From the NCBI RefSeq assembly GCF_009914755.1, contig NC_060926.1: a stretch of 64,000 bases of DNA. One strand, written 5' to 3'. The stretch comes from the human T2T-CHM13v2.0 reference genome, Homo sapiens. The position numbers and the translations under genes were made by a program. This document shows positions 13,068 through 29,074 of the stretch, one piece after another. Numbering within the stretch: position 1 is the stretch's first letter; every line of letters starts with the position of its first letter. The notes beneath the pieces were generated by a model. It did not search any database, was not told the DNA's origin, and saw only the letters and a program-made list of their open reading frames with translations.

Positions 13068-15447
13068 CCAGTTTCATTCTGCCTATGGATAGGCAGTTAT
13101 CCCAGCACTATTTATTGAATACGGAGTCCTTTCCCTATTGCTTATTTTTGTCAGCTTCACGGATGTTCACTTGGTTGTAGGTGTGTGACTTTATTTCTAG
13201 GTTCTCTATTCTGTCCCACTGGTCTATGTATCTGTTTTTGTACCAGTACTGTAGTGTTTTGGTTATGTAGCCTTCTAATATAGTTTAAAGTTGGATAGTG
13301 TGATGTCTCTGGCTTTTTTCTTTTTTCTTCTTTTTTTTTTTTTTTGGCTTAGGATTGCTTTGGTGATTCCTGCTCTTTTTTTCATTCCATATGGATTTTA
13401 GAGTAGTGTTTTTCCTAATTCTGTGAAAAACAACATTGGTAATTTAATAGGAATAGTGTTAAATCTAGAGATTGCTTTGGGCAGTACGGCCGTTTTAATG
13501 ACACTCATTCTTCCCATCCATGAACATGGAATGTTTTTCCATTTGTTTGTGTCATCTGTGATTTTATTCAGCAGAAATTTTTGTTATTCTTGTGGAGTTC
13601 TTTCACCTCCTTGGTTAGATATATTCCTAGGTATTTTTTTGTGTGGCCATAATAAATGGGATAGCATTCTTGATTTGGCTCTCAGCTTGGATGTTATTGG
13701 TGTATACAACTGCTACTGACTTTTGTACATTGATTATATATTCTGAAATTTTACTGAAGTTATTTATCAGTTGTTTGAATTTTTGGTAGTCTTTTAAGGT
13801 TTTATAGGTATTGAGTAATATCATCTATGAAGAGAGATAATTTGACTTATTCTTTTCCTGTTTGAATTTCCTGTTTTTCTTTCTCTTGCATAACTGCTCT
13901 GCTACGACTACCAGTACTATGTTGAGTCAGAATAGTGAGAATGGGCAACATTGTCTTGTTCTGATGCTTAAGGGGAATGAATCCAGCTTTTGCCAGTTCA
14001 GCATGAGCTTGGCTGCGGGTTTGTCATAGGTAACTCATTATTTTGAGGTATACTCCTTTGATGTCTAATTTGTTGAGGGTTTTTATCATGAAGAGATGTT
14101 GGGTTTCATTTAAAACTTTTTCTGCATCTATTGATGATCATGAAGTTTCTACTTGTGTTCATGTTTTTTGTAAATTTTGTTTATTTGGTGAATCACATTT
14201 ATTTATTTGCATATGTTGAACCAACCTTGCCTCCCATGAATAAAGCCTATTCAATCATGGTGAATTAACTTTTTGACGTGTCGCTGGATTCAGTTTGCTA
14301 GTATTTTGTTGAGGATTTTTGTGTCTGTTCATCAGGAATATTGGCCTGTAGTTTCCTTTTTTTGTTGTGCCTGTGTCAGATTTTGGTATCAGGATGATGC
14401 TGGTTTTATAGAATGAGTTAGGGAGGAGTTCCTTCTCCTCAATTTTTTGGGGAATGTTTCAGTGGGATTGGCACCAGCTCTTCTTTGCATGTCTGGCAGA
14501 ATTTGGCTGTGAACTAATTGGTCTAGGACATTTCTTGGTTAGTAGGTTTTTTATTACTGGTTTATATTTTTCGAACTTGCTGTTGATCTGTTCAGGATCT
14601 CAATTTCTTCCTAATTCTCCCTTGGGAGGTTTTGTGTTTCTAGGAATTTATTCATTTCCTCTAGATTTCTAGTTTGTGTGCACAGAGGTGTTCATAATAG
14701 TCTCTGAGGCTTTTTTGTATTTCCGTGGGTATCAGTTCTGGTTGTATTTATTTGAATCTTCTTTCTTTGTTAGTCTACCTAGCATTCTATCAATCTCACG
14801 TATTCTTTGAAAGAACCAAATTTTAATTTCATTGATCTTTTATATGGCTTTTTGGGTCTCAATTTTATTTCTGCTGTGATTTTTGTTATTTATTTTATTC
14901 TGGTAGCTTTGGATTAGTTTGTTCTTGTTTTTTTAGGTCCTTTAGGTGTGATGTTAGATTGATAATTTGGTATCATTCTAGCTTTTTGAGGTAGGCAAAC
15001 CACTTAAGCACTATAAACTTTCTTCTTAATACTGCTTTTTCTACATTCCAGAGATTTTGGTAAATTGTGTCTCTGTTTTCATTTATTTTAAATAATTATT
15101 TGATTTCTGCTTTAATTTTGTTAACTCAAAAGTTATTAAGAAACAAGTTCTTTAGTTTCCCTTTTATTGTGTGATTTTGAAGTATCTTCTTGATATTGCC
15201 TTCTATTTTTATTCTCCGTGGTCCAAAAATATGCTTGGTGTTGTTTCTTCATTAAAAAAAGTTATTGAGACTTGCTTTATGGCCAAATATGTGATTGATC
15301 TTAGAGTATATGCCACGTGCAAATGAAAAGAATGTATCTTCTGTGGTTGTTGGGTGGAACATTTTGTCAATTTTTATTAGGTCCAATTGGTGAAGTGTTG
15401 AATTTAAGTCAGAATTTCCTTGTTAGTTTTCTGCCTCACTCATCTAT
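13068..15447 (-). mobile_element. Older L1 ORF2 fragment
   Basis: Minus-strand peptide LINNFSKISEYIINVQKSVAVVYTNN, with typical L1 antisense sequence throughout. Confidence 0.9.
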
Positions 15448-15711
15448 TTTTCTAATTAGTATGATTCAGTTTTTTTTCTGACATTGCAGTTTTCTGCACC
15501 TATCACAACACTTCAAGAAGACTATTACAAGAATACTACAAATTTTACACAAAATATCATCAAAGTAGTGACACGTTGGAGAAAAATCATGATAAATATT
15601 CAACAAAACTAGAACATACATTTGTATATTCTTTCATTAATTGTATTAGTTTTTTCCTCTTTTTGTGCCCGTACTTATTAGAATCTTTTTCATAAAAAAG
15701 AAGTTTTCTTT

Positions 15712-20380
<4,669 letters not shown>

Positions 20381-21030
20381 AAGCTGAAAAAACACACCTT
20401 TCAGACAAACAAAACATTACTAGATAAAGATTTAAAAACCTAATAGCATTTACAACATAAAACGTCCAATAATAAATCTAACGAGATACACACCATCTCT
20501 ACCCCCCCAAAAAACCCACAAAAATCTGTTTAGAAAAATAAAAGAAGACATAAATAAATGGGAGGATAAGCCATGTTCAAGAACTAGAAGACTCAACATA
20601 GTAATAATGTCATTTCTCTGCCAATGGATCAATTGTTTCTATGAAATCCCAATAGAAATCCTAGCAGGTTCCTTTGTAGATGCTAATAATCTGATTATAT
20701 GGAAATGCAAGGACCACAAATAGCCATTGTTGTTGAAAAGAACAAAGTTGCAAGACAGACTACTCATTTAAGACTTATGTAGCTACAGTGATTAGGACAG
20801 GGTGATATCTATACAAGAATAGAGTACAACACCTGTGGAACAGACATGAGATTCCCAAACAGACCTGCATGTTTATGAAATGTTTGATTAATGACAAACC
20901 TGGGTAATAATTCATGTTAGGTTCCATGCCAATTGGATATCTATTTGGGAAAAATTTATTTTGAACCTTAACTCATAACCTGTATATATAACAAATCAAC
21001 AAAATTTGCAGGAAATAAAAAAGGAGAGTA
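20381..21030 (+). mobile_element. Ancient L1M fragment
   Basis: Diverged ORF2-like sequence (GAAGACATAAATAAATGG...AAGACTCAACATAG...GAAATCC). Confidence 0.7.
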
Positions 21031-21139
21031 TATCAACTGGAGCGGGACTTACCGTAGACGCAAAGAAGCATAATTGGGACACAGCCTGAGGAGAACATTG
21101 TTTGTTCCGGTGCTGAGCCCAGAGGCGATTAGGGTCCCC

Positions 21140-21541
21140 GTTTTGGGCTGAATTGTGTTTCCTTAGATTCACACACAGAAGCCCTATCCCCCAGTACCTC
21201 AGAATGTGACAGTCTCTGGAGGTGGGGCCTCTTGAGAGATAACTGGGTCAAAATGAAGATGTGGGAGGGGGCTCTACTCCAATGTGACTGTTGCCCTTAT
21301 TAGAAGAGGACATTTGGACACACACAGAGACACCAGATGGAGGCACAGAGAAAAGAACATGTGGGAACACAGGGAGAAGGTGACCAGCTGCAAGCCAAGG
21401 AGAGAGGCCTTGGGAGAAACCAACCCTGCTGACACCTCGATCTTGGACTTGTAGCCTCTAGAACTCTGAGGAGGTAAGTTTCTGTTGTTCAAGCCCCGCC
21501 ATCTGTGGGATTAAGCTATGGCAGACAGAGCAGACAAACAC
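21140..21541 (+). mobile_element. MaLR LTR (MLT1B/C-like)
   Basis: GGGCTGAATTGTG...TACCTCAGAATGTGAC...CAAGCCAAGGAGAGAGGCCT...CTAGAACT motifs. Confidence 0.8.
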
Positions 21542-21924
21542 GGACTGGAGAGTTCCATGTCACAGAGAATGGCTGCAATAATATTAGCCTGGAAAAGGTT
21601 TTAGTGTTATCTAAGGGTCATTTCACTACCAATATTACGATCACATGTCCAACCCAGTTAAAAATATACCCCTCAATAACGGAAAAGCACACAAATGCCT
21701 GTACGTGATTGTTACGAACCCACCAGTGAAATGTAATTTGGACACAACCACCTCTGGGACCCACTTTACTCAGCCCCTGGTCTCCAGGTATATGGGTGGG
21801 GGGTCACAAGATTCAGGGGTTGGTCACCTCAGAGGCAGAATACCTCAGCTGGAAGATAAGAAACGATGGCAGATCCCTGGGCACCTCAAATCACACCATC
21901 TGAAGGTGTCATGGTGTGGCGGTT

Positions 21925-22150
21925 GACAGCAGGAACCTGGGAGTCAGCCAGACTGGGTTCAAATCCTGGTTCTGCCATCACTAACCGTCTGATGTGGGCA
22001 AGTTATTTAAAGTCTCTGTGCCTCAGTTTACATACTCATAACACAGGGATAATAATAACTGTGTCTGGTTCATAGAGTTGTCATGAGGATCACATAAGCT
22101 GACATTAGATAGCATTAGAACATGCCTGGCATGTGGTAAGCACTCCCATT
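21925..22150 (+). mobile_element. MIR SINE
   Basis: GGGTTCAAATCCTGG...GGGCAAGTTATTTAA..CTCTGTGCCTCAGTTT core. Confidence 0.85.
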
Positions 22151-22807
22151 GCTTTAAGAGAGGAAGCTTGCCAACACCATCAGCAGAGATCTGGGGTCAG
22201 CCCTCAGTTGGAGCCCCCACTGAGGCTAACTATGTATGACGCATGTAACTTTTGGATTATCTATCGCAAGATTATCTGGTTACTTCCGTTTGTACAGTGG
22301 ACTGCCTGCAAATGGGTGCCACAACAAAGACCATGAGAAGACCACACCTCAAAATGGGGAGAAGTGGAGACATCAGCAGCACTGTTGGCTCAAAGCCGGG
22401 AGCTGCACTTGCAGCTCTGCCCTTGACCCTATGACCAGGGACTGACTTGGGTGAGCAGAACGAGGGTGTTCCCCGGAGGGCGATGCAGCATTGCAGCCTG
22501 TTAGACGGCCTCAGAGCGGTGCTGGCCCCATCCATCGAGCCACCTTGAGCAAGTGGCTGAGGCTGGTCTGAGCTGGTTCCCTCACACCCACTCCTTTGCC
22601 TGCTGGAGTCCTTGCATACACACTTGCTCCATCCACACACCCGACCCAGTGCGTGGGAGTCACCGAGAGACTCCTGCCCTCACCTGCAGCTTTCCTAGAA
22701 CAGCTCCACTCAGCCATAGGTGGCTGTTTCCTGAAACCTTACATCTTGGGCCCTCAAAGCTGCAGGCCCCAGACAGGGCATTTGGAGCAGGCAGACCTGA
22801 CACTCGC

Positions 22808-23020
22808 CTGGTGGAGAGAAAGCGGCGCTCTGGCAGGTGAGGCAGCCCACCTGTCCAGGCAGGGCACTGAAGGTGTCCGCAGGGCAGAGCCGGCAGTCTT
22901 CAGCTGCCCTGGCCCTGCTGCTGCTTCTGAAGGTCCCTGCTGGGCAGGGCCTTGGGCTGCGAGTCCCTGCAGGGCAGTAGTGGCCCACCGGGCAGGAATG
23001 GCCCTGGTAGCTCTCTGACC
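22808..23020 (-). pseudogene. Cys-repeat exon, last visible; 213 nt, phase 1-1
   Basis: GSESYQGHSCPVGHYCPAGTRSPRPCPAGTFRS...DCRLCPADTFSALPGQVGCLTCQ; acceptor ttcctccAG; donor is CAG|GCGAGT (GC, not GT). Confidence 0.85.
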
Positions 23021-23552
23021 CTGGAGGAACACAGAGGGGAAATTCTGCCCCAGCCGAGGCAGGGACTGAGAGTGGACTGGGGGTGTCCAGGGTAGGGATA
23101 TGCCTGCTGAGGGAGGGGGGAAACAATGCAGTAAATGGGGGAAGAATCTAGATTGTGGGGGCAGTAGAGGGCTCTGTGCCCTGTAACCCCTCACCCTCCC
23201 CGCCAGCCCCTTGGTCTCCCTCTCAGTCAGGTGCGGGGCGCTGGGCAGTGGCTTTCCTTCTCTCCAGAGTGCCTGGGCCACTGGCTCCGACACATCTGTG
23301 TGCATGCTGCTCTGCCCTGTGTCTAGAGGACTTTTAAACCTGACACGGAGGCAGCTGACACTCACCTGCTCTGTGTCTCCATCCTCCACATGTTCTTGGG
23401 TCTGTGTCTTGGGCTGCTCCAGGCCTCTTGGGCTGTCCCCAGGCTCTGAGGGGCCCTCCCTGCCTGCGCCTCCACCCGCCTCACTGATCTCCACTCTGGG
23501 TCACCTCCAGTCCCGGTCCCCCTGCTCCTGCCCAGGCCTCCCAGGGACTCAC

Positions 23553-23756
23553 CCTGGGGGCAGCTGAATCCAGGCGGGCAGGGCTGTAAGGGTAGAGCAT
23601 CCAGGGCCCGGCTGCGGTAGGTGCCCGCTTCACAGAGGCGGCAGGCAGCATATCTCCTCAGAGACCCTGAGGCTGGTCCCATTCAGGGCTTCGGAGCCCC
23701 CAGGGCAGGCACGAGGTTGGGCACTGCCCGGGGGGCAGTAATGGGGAAAGACACAG
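23553..23756 (-). pseudogene. Cys-repeat exon, phase 2-1, with a 4-nt insertion frameshift near 23645
   Basis: CVFPHYCPPGSAQPRACPGG...EEICC, then in a shifted frame RLCEAGTYR...QPCPPGFSCPQG; tctctgcAG / GTGAGT; 204 nt where 200 keeps frame. Confidence 0.85.
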
Positions 23757-24065
23757 CTGCAGAGACAGAGCCCGGCTGGTTCATGCTGCCGGAACCTGTG
23801 TGTGCGGTGGGTTCTCTCGCTAGCGGGGGCCGACTTTCCCTGGCCTGGGGCCTCAGCTGCTAGCGGACGGGGACTCTGCTACTGTCCCAGTCAGGGGTCC
23901 TGGGGTTGCCTTGTGTCTGGTGGGGCCACGGCACCAAGCTGCCTTTCTGGTGGTGGATGAGCCATGCCCAGTTAACCAGGCCGGCACTGCCTGCCCATTC
24001 CACCCTGGGCAGAGGGGTGTTGTGGAGTGGATCTGATGTCAGGGTGTTAGTCCCAGACACGGGAT

Positions 24066-24257
24066 GGGGCTTACCAGATGAAATACTCCATGCCCAGTCC
24101 TATTCAAATTTCAAATAAACAATGAGAATGATTTTAGTAGAAGTGCACCCCCAATATTGCATGGGCCATACTTACAGTAAAAATGCATTGTCCTTTACCG
24201 GCAATTCAAATGTAACTAGGCGTGCTGTATTTTTGTGAGCTCCATCTGGCTGCCCCA
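24066..24257. mobile_element. MER53-like palindromic DNA transposon (MITE)
   Basis: GGGCTTACCAGATGAAATAC...AATATTGCATGGG...GTATTTT..ATCTGGCTGCCC, imperfect inverted symmetry. Confidence 0.75.
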
Positions 24258-24520
24258 CCAGGATGAGCCTGCACTCTGATGGGGCATCCCAGGGCAATGT
24301 GCTTCCTCACCCCACCTTCCCTGGGGCAGAGGCAGGGGCTGGCCCTAGCTGGGAAGCCCAGGCAGAGGGTCACCAGGGCTTGCTTTTGGGCCCTGCCCTT
24401 TGGCTGGGTTTCTGAGGCACACATGCTTGTCATGGTGGGGCCTCACATAGGGTGCTGACAGCAGTTCCAGGGCTGGGGTTGGGGCTCAGACCCTTGGGGG
24501 GGTAGGGGGAAGGAACTCAC

Positions 24521-24648
24521 CGCTGCCCCAGGCCACTGTAGGTGGAGGAGCTGACAGGGCAGGCATAGCCCCCCGGGGCAGAGTGGGGGCAGCCCCGTCT
24601 GAGGCCCACAGTAGGAGCCGGGCCTACAAGGGACCTCAGCCACAGCAC
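24521..24648 (-). pseudogene. Cys-repeat exon, phase 1-2, with a 1-nt insertion in a G run (24569-24574)
   Basis: GAVAEVPCRPGSYCGPQTGLPPLCPG / GYACPVSSSTYSGLGQR; ctcttcAG / GTGAGT; 128 nt where 127 keeps frame. Confidence 0.85.
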
Positions 24649-25430
24649 CTGAAGAGACAGGGCCAGGGATGCGGGAGAACAGGCCACAATGTGGGCATGG
24701 TTTGGAGGACACCCCAAGTCCCTTCTTCACCCATCAATGGCACTTGGAAGCCAGGAGAGGTCCAGAGCCGGAGGAGAACTCAGGAGGGTCCCCAGGCTCC
24801 CCAGGTGAGGCCTGGGCAGGGAGGACAGCAGTAGGGTGAGGCCTCTGAGGTGGTGGGGAACAGTGTGGAAACCAGGAAGGAGTGCGGAGCTTGCAGGTGA
24901 AGGGAGATCTCGTGTGGTCAGGGAGGGTGACTCGTGCGGGTGGTGGTGTCATGAACCGAGATCAATGGCAGGAAGTTCCCGTGTCTTTGTGCAGCCAGCC
25001 GCCGCGGTGGGGAAGGAGGATGCATTTCATGAGGTGGAGGTGGGAGCTCTGATGAGGACGCACAGGGCAGTGGCACTGAGGCCACAGCTCACCTGAGGGC
25101 AGCCAACAGGAGGGTGCTTTTGGTTGTGCCTTGAGGTGTGGCAGGTACTGGACACTTTGTAGGGGGCATGCTATTTCTAGTTAAACCTCTGGCCGGCCTC
25201 CTCCTTGACCCAGATGGGGAGTAAGAGGTGACTTGAAGGCACCTTGGTCTGGGGACATCCAGGTGGTGTGGATGCCACCAGAGACTGGGTGTGCCTTGTG
25301 GGGGCTGGTCAGGTGTGGCTGTGCCACATCTGTGGCCTGAGCTCAATCAGGGCTTTCTGCAGAGCTCAGGCATGAGCCTCAGGGATGAGGGAAGGGATGG
25401 GAAGGGGCTGGGGTCATCCTGCAGCCTCAC

Positions 25431-25655
25431 CTGCTGGGCACTCAGATCCAGCTGGGCAGGGGATGGCAAACACATTTGCATGACCCTGAAGCTCAGGGTC
25501 TGGGCAGTGGTAGCCAGGAGGGCAGAGCTCACAGTCTTCCTGTGCTGATGCCCCTGGCTCTGACCTAAAGGTGCCAGGTGGGCAGAAAAAGGCACCCTGG
25601 TCACCTAGACACCAGTGGCCCGGAGGACATGGGTGGTCTTCAAAGGAAGAGAGAC
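25431..25655 (-). pseudogene. Cys-repeat exon, 225 nt, phase 1-1, open
   Basis: GLSSFEDHPCPPGHWCLG...CPPGTFRSEPGASAQEDCELCPPGYHCP...CPAGSECPAG; AG / GTGAGG. Confidence 0.9.
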
Positions 25656-25762
25656 CTGGGGGCAAAAGCATCAGGCTAAGAAGGGTTGCCTGAGGGGCTC
25701 CTGACAGCCTCTTCCCTCTCCTCCCCAAGGCCCCCACATCCAGCCTGCAGACAGGCTCTTAC

Positions 25763-25933
25763 CTGGCCATGGGCAGTGGTACCCAGCAGGGCAGGGGAGG
25801 CACTCCGCCTGACTATGGCCTCCATCTGTTGCCAGGTAGGTATGCTCAGGGCAGGCCTGGGGAGCTCCCGAGTGGGTCTCACTTCCTCCAGGGCAGTAGT
25901 GGCCAGAGGGGCAGGCCTGGGTGGCCGGGGTGC
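25763..25933 (-). pseudogene. Cys-repeat exon, 171 nt, phase 1-1, open
   Basis: GTPATQACPSGHYCPGG...ACPEHTY...AECLPCPAGYHCPWPG; ctctgcAG / GTAAGA. Confidence 0.9.
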
Positions 25934-26268
25934 CTGCAGAGCAAGGGCTGCCCTCACTTTTCTCCCCAGATGTGGGGCTGGAAGGTTCCAATCTCACAGG
26001 TCCTTGGCTGGGGTGATCCCTCAGCCAAGGTGATCCCTCAGCCATCCCCACCAAACAACTCAAGCCACAGCAAATGCCCAAAATGTACTTTAACCACAAC
26101 CACAACCCTCTGCAAGCCTTCTTGCCTCAGGCCTGACTCTAGCGGGGCACCTCTCCTCTGGCTTCCTCCCACCTGCTCAGGGGCACAGGTGCAAGCCGGA
26201 GGAATCAGATCTGTCTGCAGTCCTGGGACAGGAGGGCGAGTTGGGCTGAGAGCGGAGCCCAAGGATAC

Positions 26269-26391
26269 AGTCACGGCAGAAGGATCCCAGGGGGCAGGGA
26301 GCCCCTGTCACCCTGTCCTTTGGAGAAGGGGATGATGCACCTTCTGCACAGAAGTAGCCAGGCTGGCAGGGCCCGCTGGGGGTGGAGAGGC
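26269..26391 (-). pseudogene. Cys-repeat exon, 123 nt, phase 1-1
   Basis: GLSTPSGPCQPGYFCAEGASSPSPKDRVTGAPCPLGSFC; acceptor cctccAG; weak donor GTATCC. Confidence 0.8.
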
Positions 26392-26555
26392 CTGGAGGTG
26401 GAGGGGAACTGGGTTAAATGCTGAGTAGACTCACTATAAAAGACGTTGGCCTTTGGAGCCAACTGGGATCCCTGTGGGCATCAGTCCTCTGAGGACTCGG
26501 GGTGTGACTAGAGTACTCAGCTAGAACTGAGAGTTATACTAGTGGTCATGCCTTT

Positions 26556-27146
26556 GCTGGGCCTGCATTGAGCCTGTGTTGAGCCTCTGCTGAGTCTGTG
26601 CTGAGTCTTTGCTGAGCCCTGTGCTGAGCCTGTGCCGAGTCTGTGCTGAGTATATGCTGAGCCTGGCCTGAGTCCTTGTCCTGAGCTTGCATTGAGCGTG
26701 TGCTGATCCTGTGCTGGTTGTGTCCTGAGCCTGGGCTGAGCCTCTGCTGAGTCTGTGCTAAGCCCTGTGCTGGGCCTGTGCTGAGCGTAGGCTGAGTTGT
26801 GCTGAGCCCTGAGGCTGAGTTGTGCTGAGCCCTGAGGCTGAGGCTGTGCTGAGCCCTGAGGCTGAGTTGTGCTGAGCCCTGAGGCTGAGGCTGTGCTGAG
26901 CGTAGGCTGAGTTGTGCTGAGCGTAGGCTGAGTTGTGCTGAGCCCTGAGGCTGAGTTGTGCTGAGCCCTGAGGCTGAGTTGTGCTGAGCGTAGGCTGAGT
27001 TGTGCTGAGCCCTGAGGCTGAGGCTGAGCTGAGTCTGTGCTAAGCCCTGTGCTGAGACCTGAGACTGAGTTTGGGCTGAGTCTGTGCTGCACCTTTGTGG
27101 AGCCTGTACTGATCCTGGGCTGAGCCTGTGCTGAGCCTGAGCTAAG
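26556..27146. repeat. Intronic minisatellite built from GCTGAG modules (units of ~21-23 nt, e.g. GCTGAGTTGTGCTGAGCCCTGAG)
   Basis: Near-perfect core at ~26780-27030 with degenerate flanks. Confidence 0.92.
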
Positions 27147-27701
27147 TGTGCCATCTGCTCCTGCCCAACCCTGTGACATGGGTACTACTCTCATTCACAA
27201 AGAGCCTCAGGTCATCATCAGTAAGGTGCAGAGCTGACATTAGAGTACAAGTTTAGCCAACGCAGCCTAAGGTCTTGACCTCAGGGGCTGTAGAGCTGAG
27301 AGCCTCCCAAGGCAGAAGGAGCCTGGTGCATGCCTGGGTGCTCGGTGCCCAGCAGGGTTGTCCACAGCAGGTGCTTGGGAAGTGCAGGCAATCAGACATG
27401 GGGAGTACAGAGAGGGATCAGGGAGGTGCCACTGAGCCCCTCCCTGGGCATAGAGACCTGCTGGCCTGGCCACTCCTCCCTACCTTGCTGTTCTGTGGTG
27501 GCTGGCCTGCGTTCACCCAGAGTGACAGCAACAGTGACAGTTTATGAAGCACAGTCCTGCCAGGAAGCATGCCAGGCACAGCCCCCTGAGGTAGGCAGGC
27601 AGTGCTTCTCATTGGACAGGGAAAGATGGCGGTTACATGTTCACCCTCACATTGGTTCTCCCACCAGCCACAGCCTAGGCCACAGCACGATAGGTCCTTA
27701 C

Positions 27702-27881
27702 CAGAGGTGCCACAGAAAGAGCCTGGTGGGCAGGGCATGGGCTCTGGGCTGCCCTCTGGACAGTAGGAGCCAGCAGGGCACTTTTCCCCTGTGGCTGTGG
27801 CTGGGCACAGGCAATTGGTGCTGGTGTAGTTGTCCAGGTTGAAGGGGCGGGCGGTCCATGCCACAGACACACAGAACCATC
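27702..27881 (-). pseudogene. Cys-repeat exon, 180 nt, phase 1-1, open
   Basis: GWFCVSVAWTARPFNLDNYTSTNCLCPATATGEKCPAGSYCPEGSPEPMPCPPGSFCGTSG; ctaccccAG / GTAAGG. Confidence 0.9.
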
Positions 27882-28074
27882 CTGGGGTAGAAACCAGTGG
27901 GGAGGGGTGGGTGGTGGGCCAAGGAGTCCAAGGCCAGGCTTACCAGGCTGCAGGCCCACCCATCCCTCCCAGTAGCTGCTCCAGGAGATAGTCTGGATGA
28001 CCCCAGGTCCAGGGGCAGAAATGGGAAGTGCAGAGATGGACAGGGGGCTTCTTAGGGCAAGGCAGGAGACTCAC

Positions 28075-28224
28075 CTGCCGCACAAGGCCCAGAGGCCCGG
28101 GTCAGGTTCTCCTACCCGCAGCAGTGGCCTGGGGGACAGGGCAGGCAGCTGTCCAGGCTCTGGGTCAGTGGGTCTGGGTCGTAGTAGCTCCGAGGGCAGG
28201 GGAACTGGGTGGCGTACTTCGTGC
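28075..28224 (-). pseudogene. Cys-repeat exon, 150 nt, phase 1-1, in-frame TAG at 28112-28114
   Basis: GTKYATQFPCPRSYYDPDPLTQSLDSCLPCPPGHCCG*ENLTRASGPCAAG; cttctcAG / GTGAGT. Confidence 0.88.
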
Positions 28225-28871
28225 CTGAGAAGCAAAGTTCAGAGGAGGGGAGCCCAGCTTGCTGGTTCCTGAAGGCGCCCTCTGCTCCAGGGCCTGGGGC
28301 AGGGGAGGCTCAATGTGGCCAGCTGCTCCCTGTACCCCTCCTCCTGCAGGGCTGGTCCTTGGCAGACTCCCCACCCTCAACCCCACAACTCACTCACTCC
28401 TGGCCTTCCAGGCCGGAGAGTTCAGCCCCTGGGCTGGGTGGCCCTAGACCCAGGCTCCACAAAGCCACAGCATGTGCACTACTCCCCTTCCTGGTGCTCA
28501 ACTTCACTGAAAGGCACGGGACCCAAACTTTCTACATTTTGCTAAAGTAATTTCACATATTTGTTTTTTAGCCAACACGGATATGCTATGGAATACAATG
28601 TAAAACCTTCGGGCATTTTAAAACACAGCTGGAGACTTGGATGGAACTCATACTTGTCACCAGCTGCTTAGAGCTCATCCTTGGAGTGCCCTCATATCCC
28701 TGGCCTTCAGGACGGGTGGTGGGAAAGCCCGGAAGCAGAGGACACACCTATGCATGTGTCTGTTGCCACAGAGTTTGCATTGCTGTGAGCCCCCAAGTCC
28801 CCAGCTGAGCCTAGAGCAGCTGTACAACTCTGCCCAGCCTCGCCCCGGGAAGTTGTGGCCTAGGCGCTCAC

Positions 28872-29074
28872 CTCGGGGCAGTAGAAGCCAGCGGGACAGG
28901 GGTGCCTGCTGTAGTTGGTGATGTTCTCGGGGCAGTAGTAGCCAGTGGGGCAAGGGAAGCAGGAGGCCTGGCCAGTCAGGTAGCTGTAGGAGCCAGCAGG
29001 GCAGGGCTGTGGGAGGCTGGTTCCCCTGGGGCAGAAGTGGCCTCGGGGACAGGGGCCCCCCTGCCCTGAGTGGC
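28872..29074 (-). pseudogene. Cys-repeat exon, 203 nt, 1 nt short of frame at its 3' end
   Basis: GHSGQGGPCPRGHFCPRGTSLPQPCPAGSYS..GQASCFPCPTGYYCPENITNYSRHPCPAGFYCP; ends in phase 0 while the next exon starts in phase 1. Confidence 0.88.

Noticed and set aside
26517-27194. 225-aa and 202-aa SAQ-rich ORFs, and a CRISPR-like look of the repeat
   Set aside because: Products of a minisatellite that lacks stop codons; no unique spacers, no cas genes, primate context.
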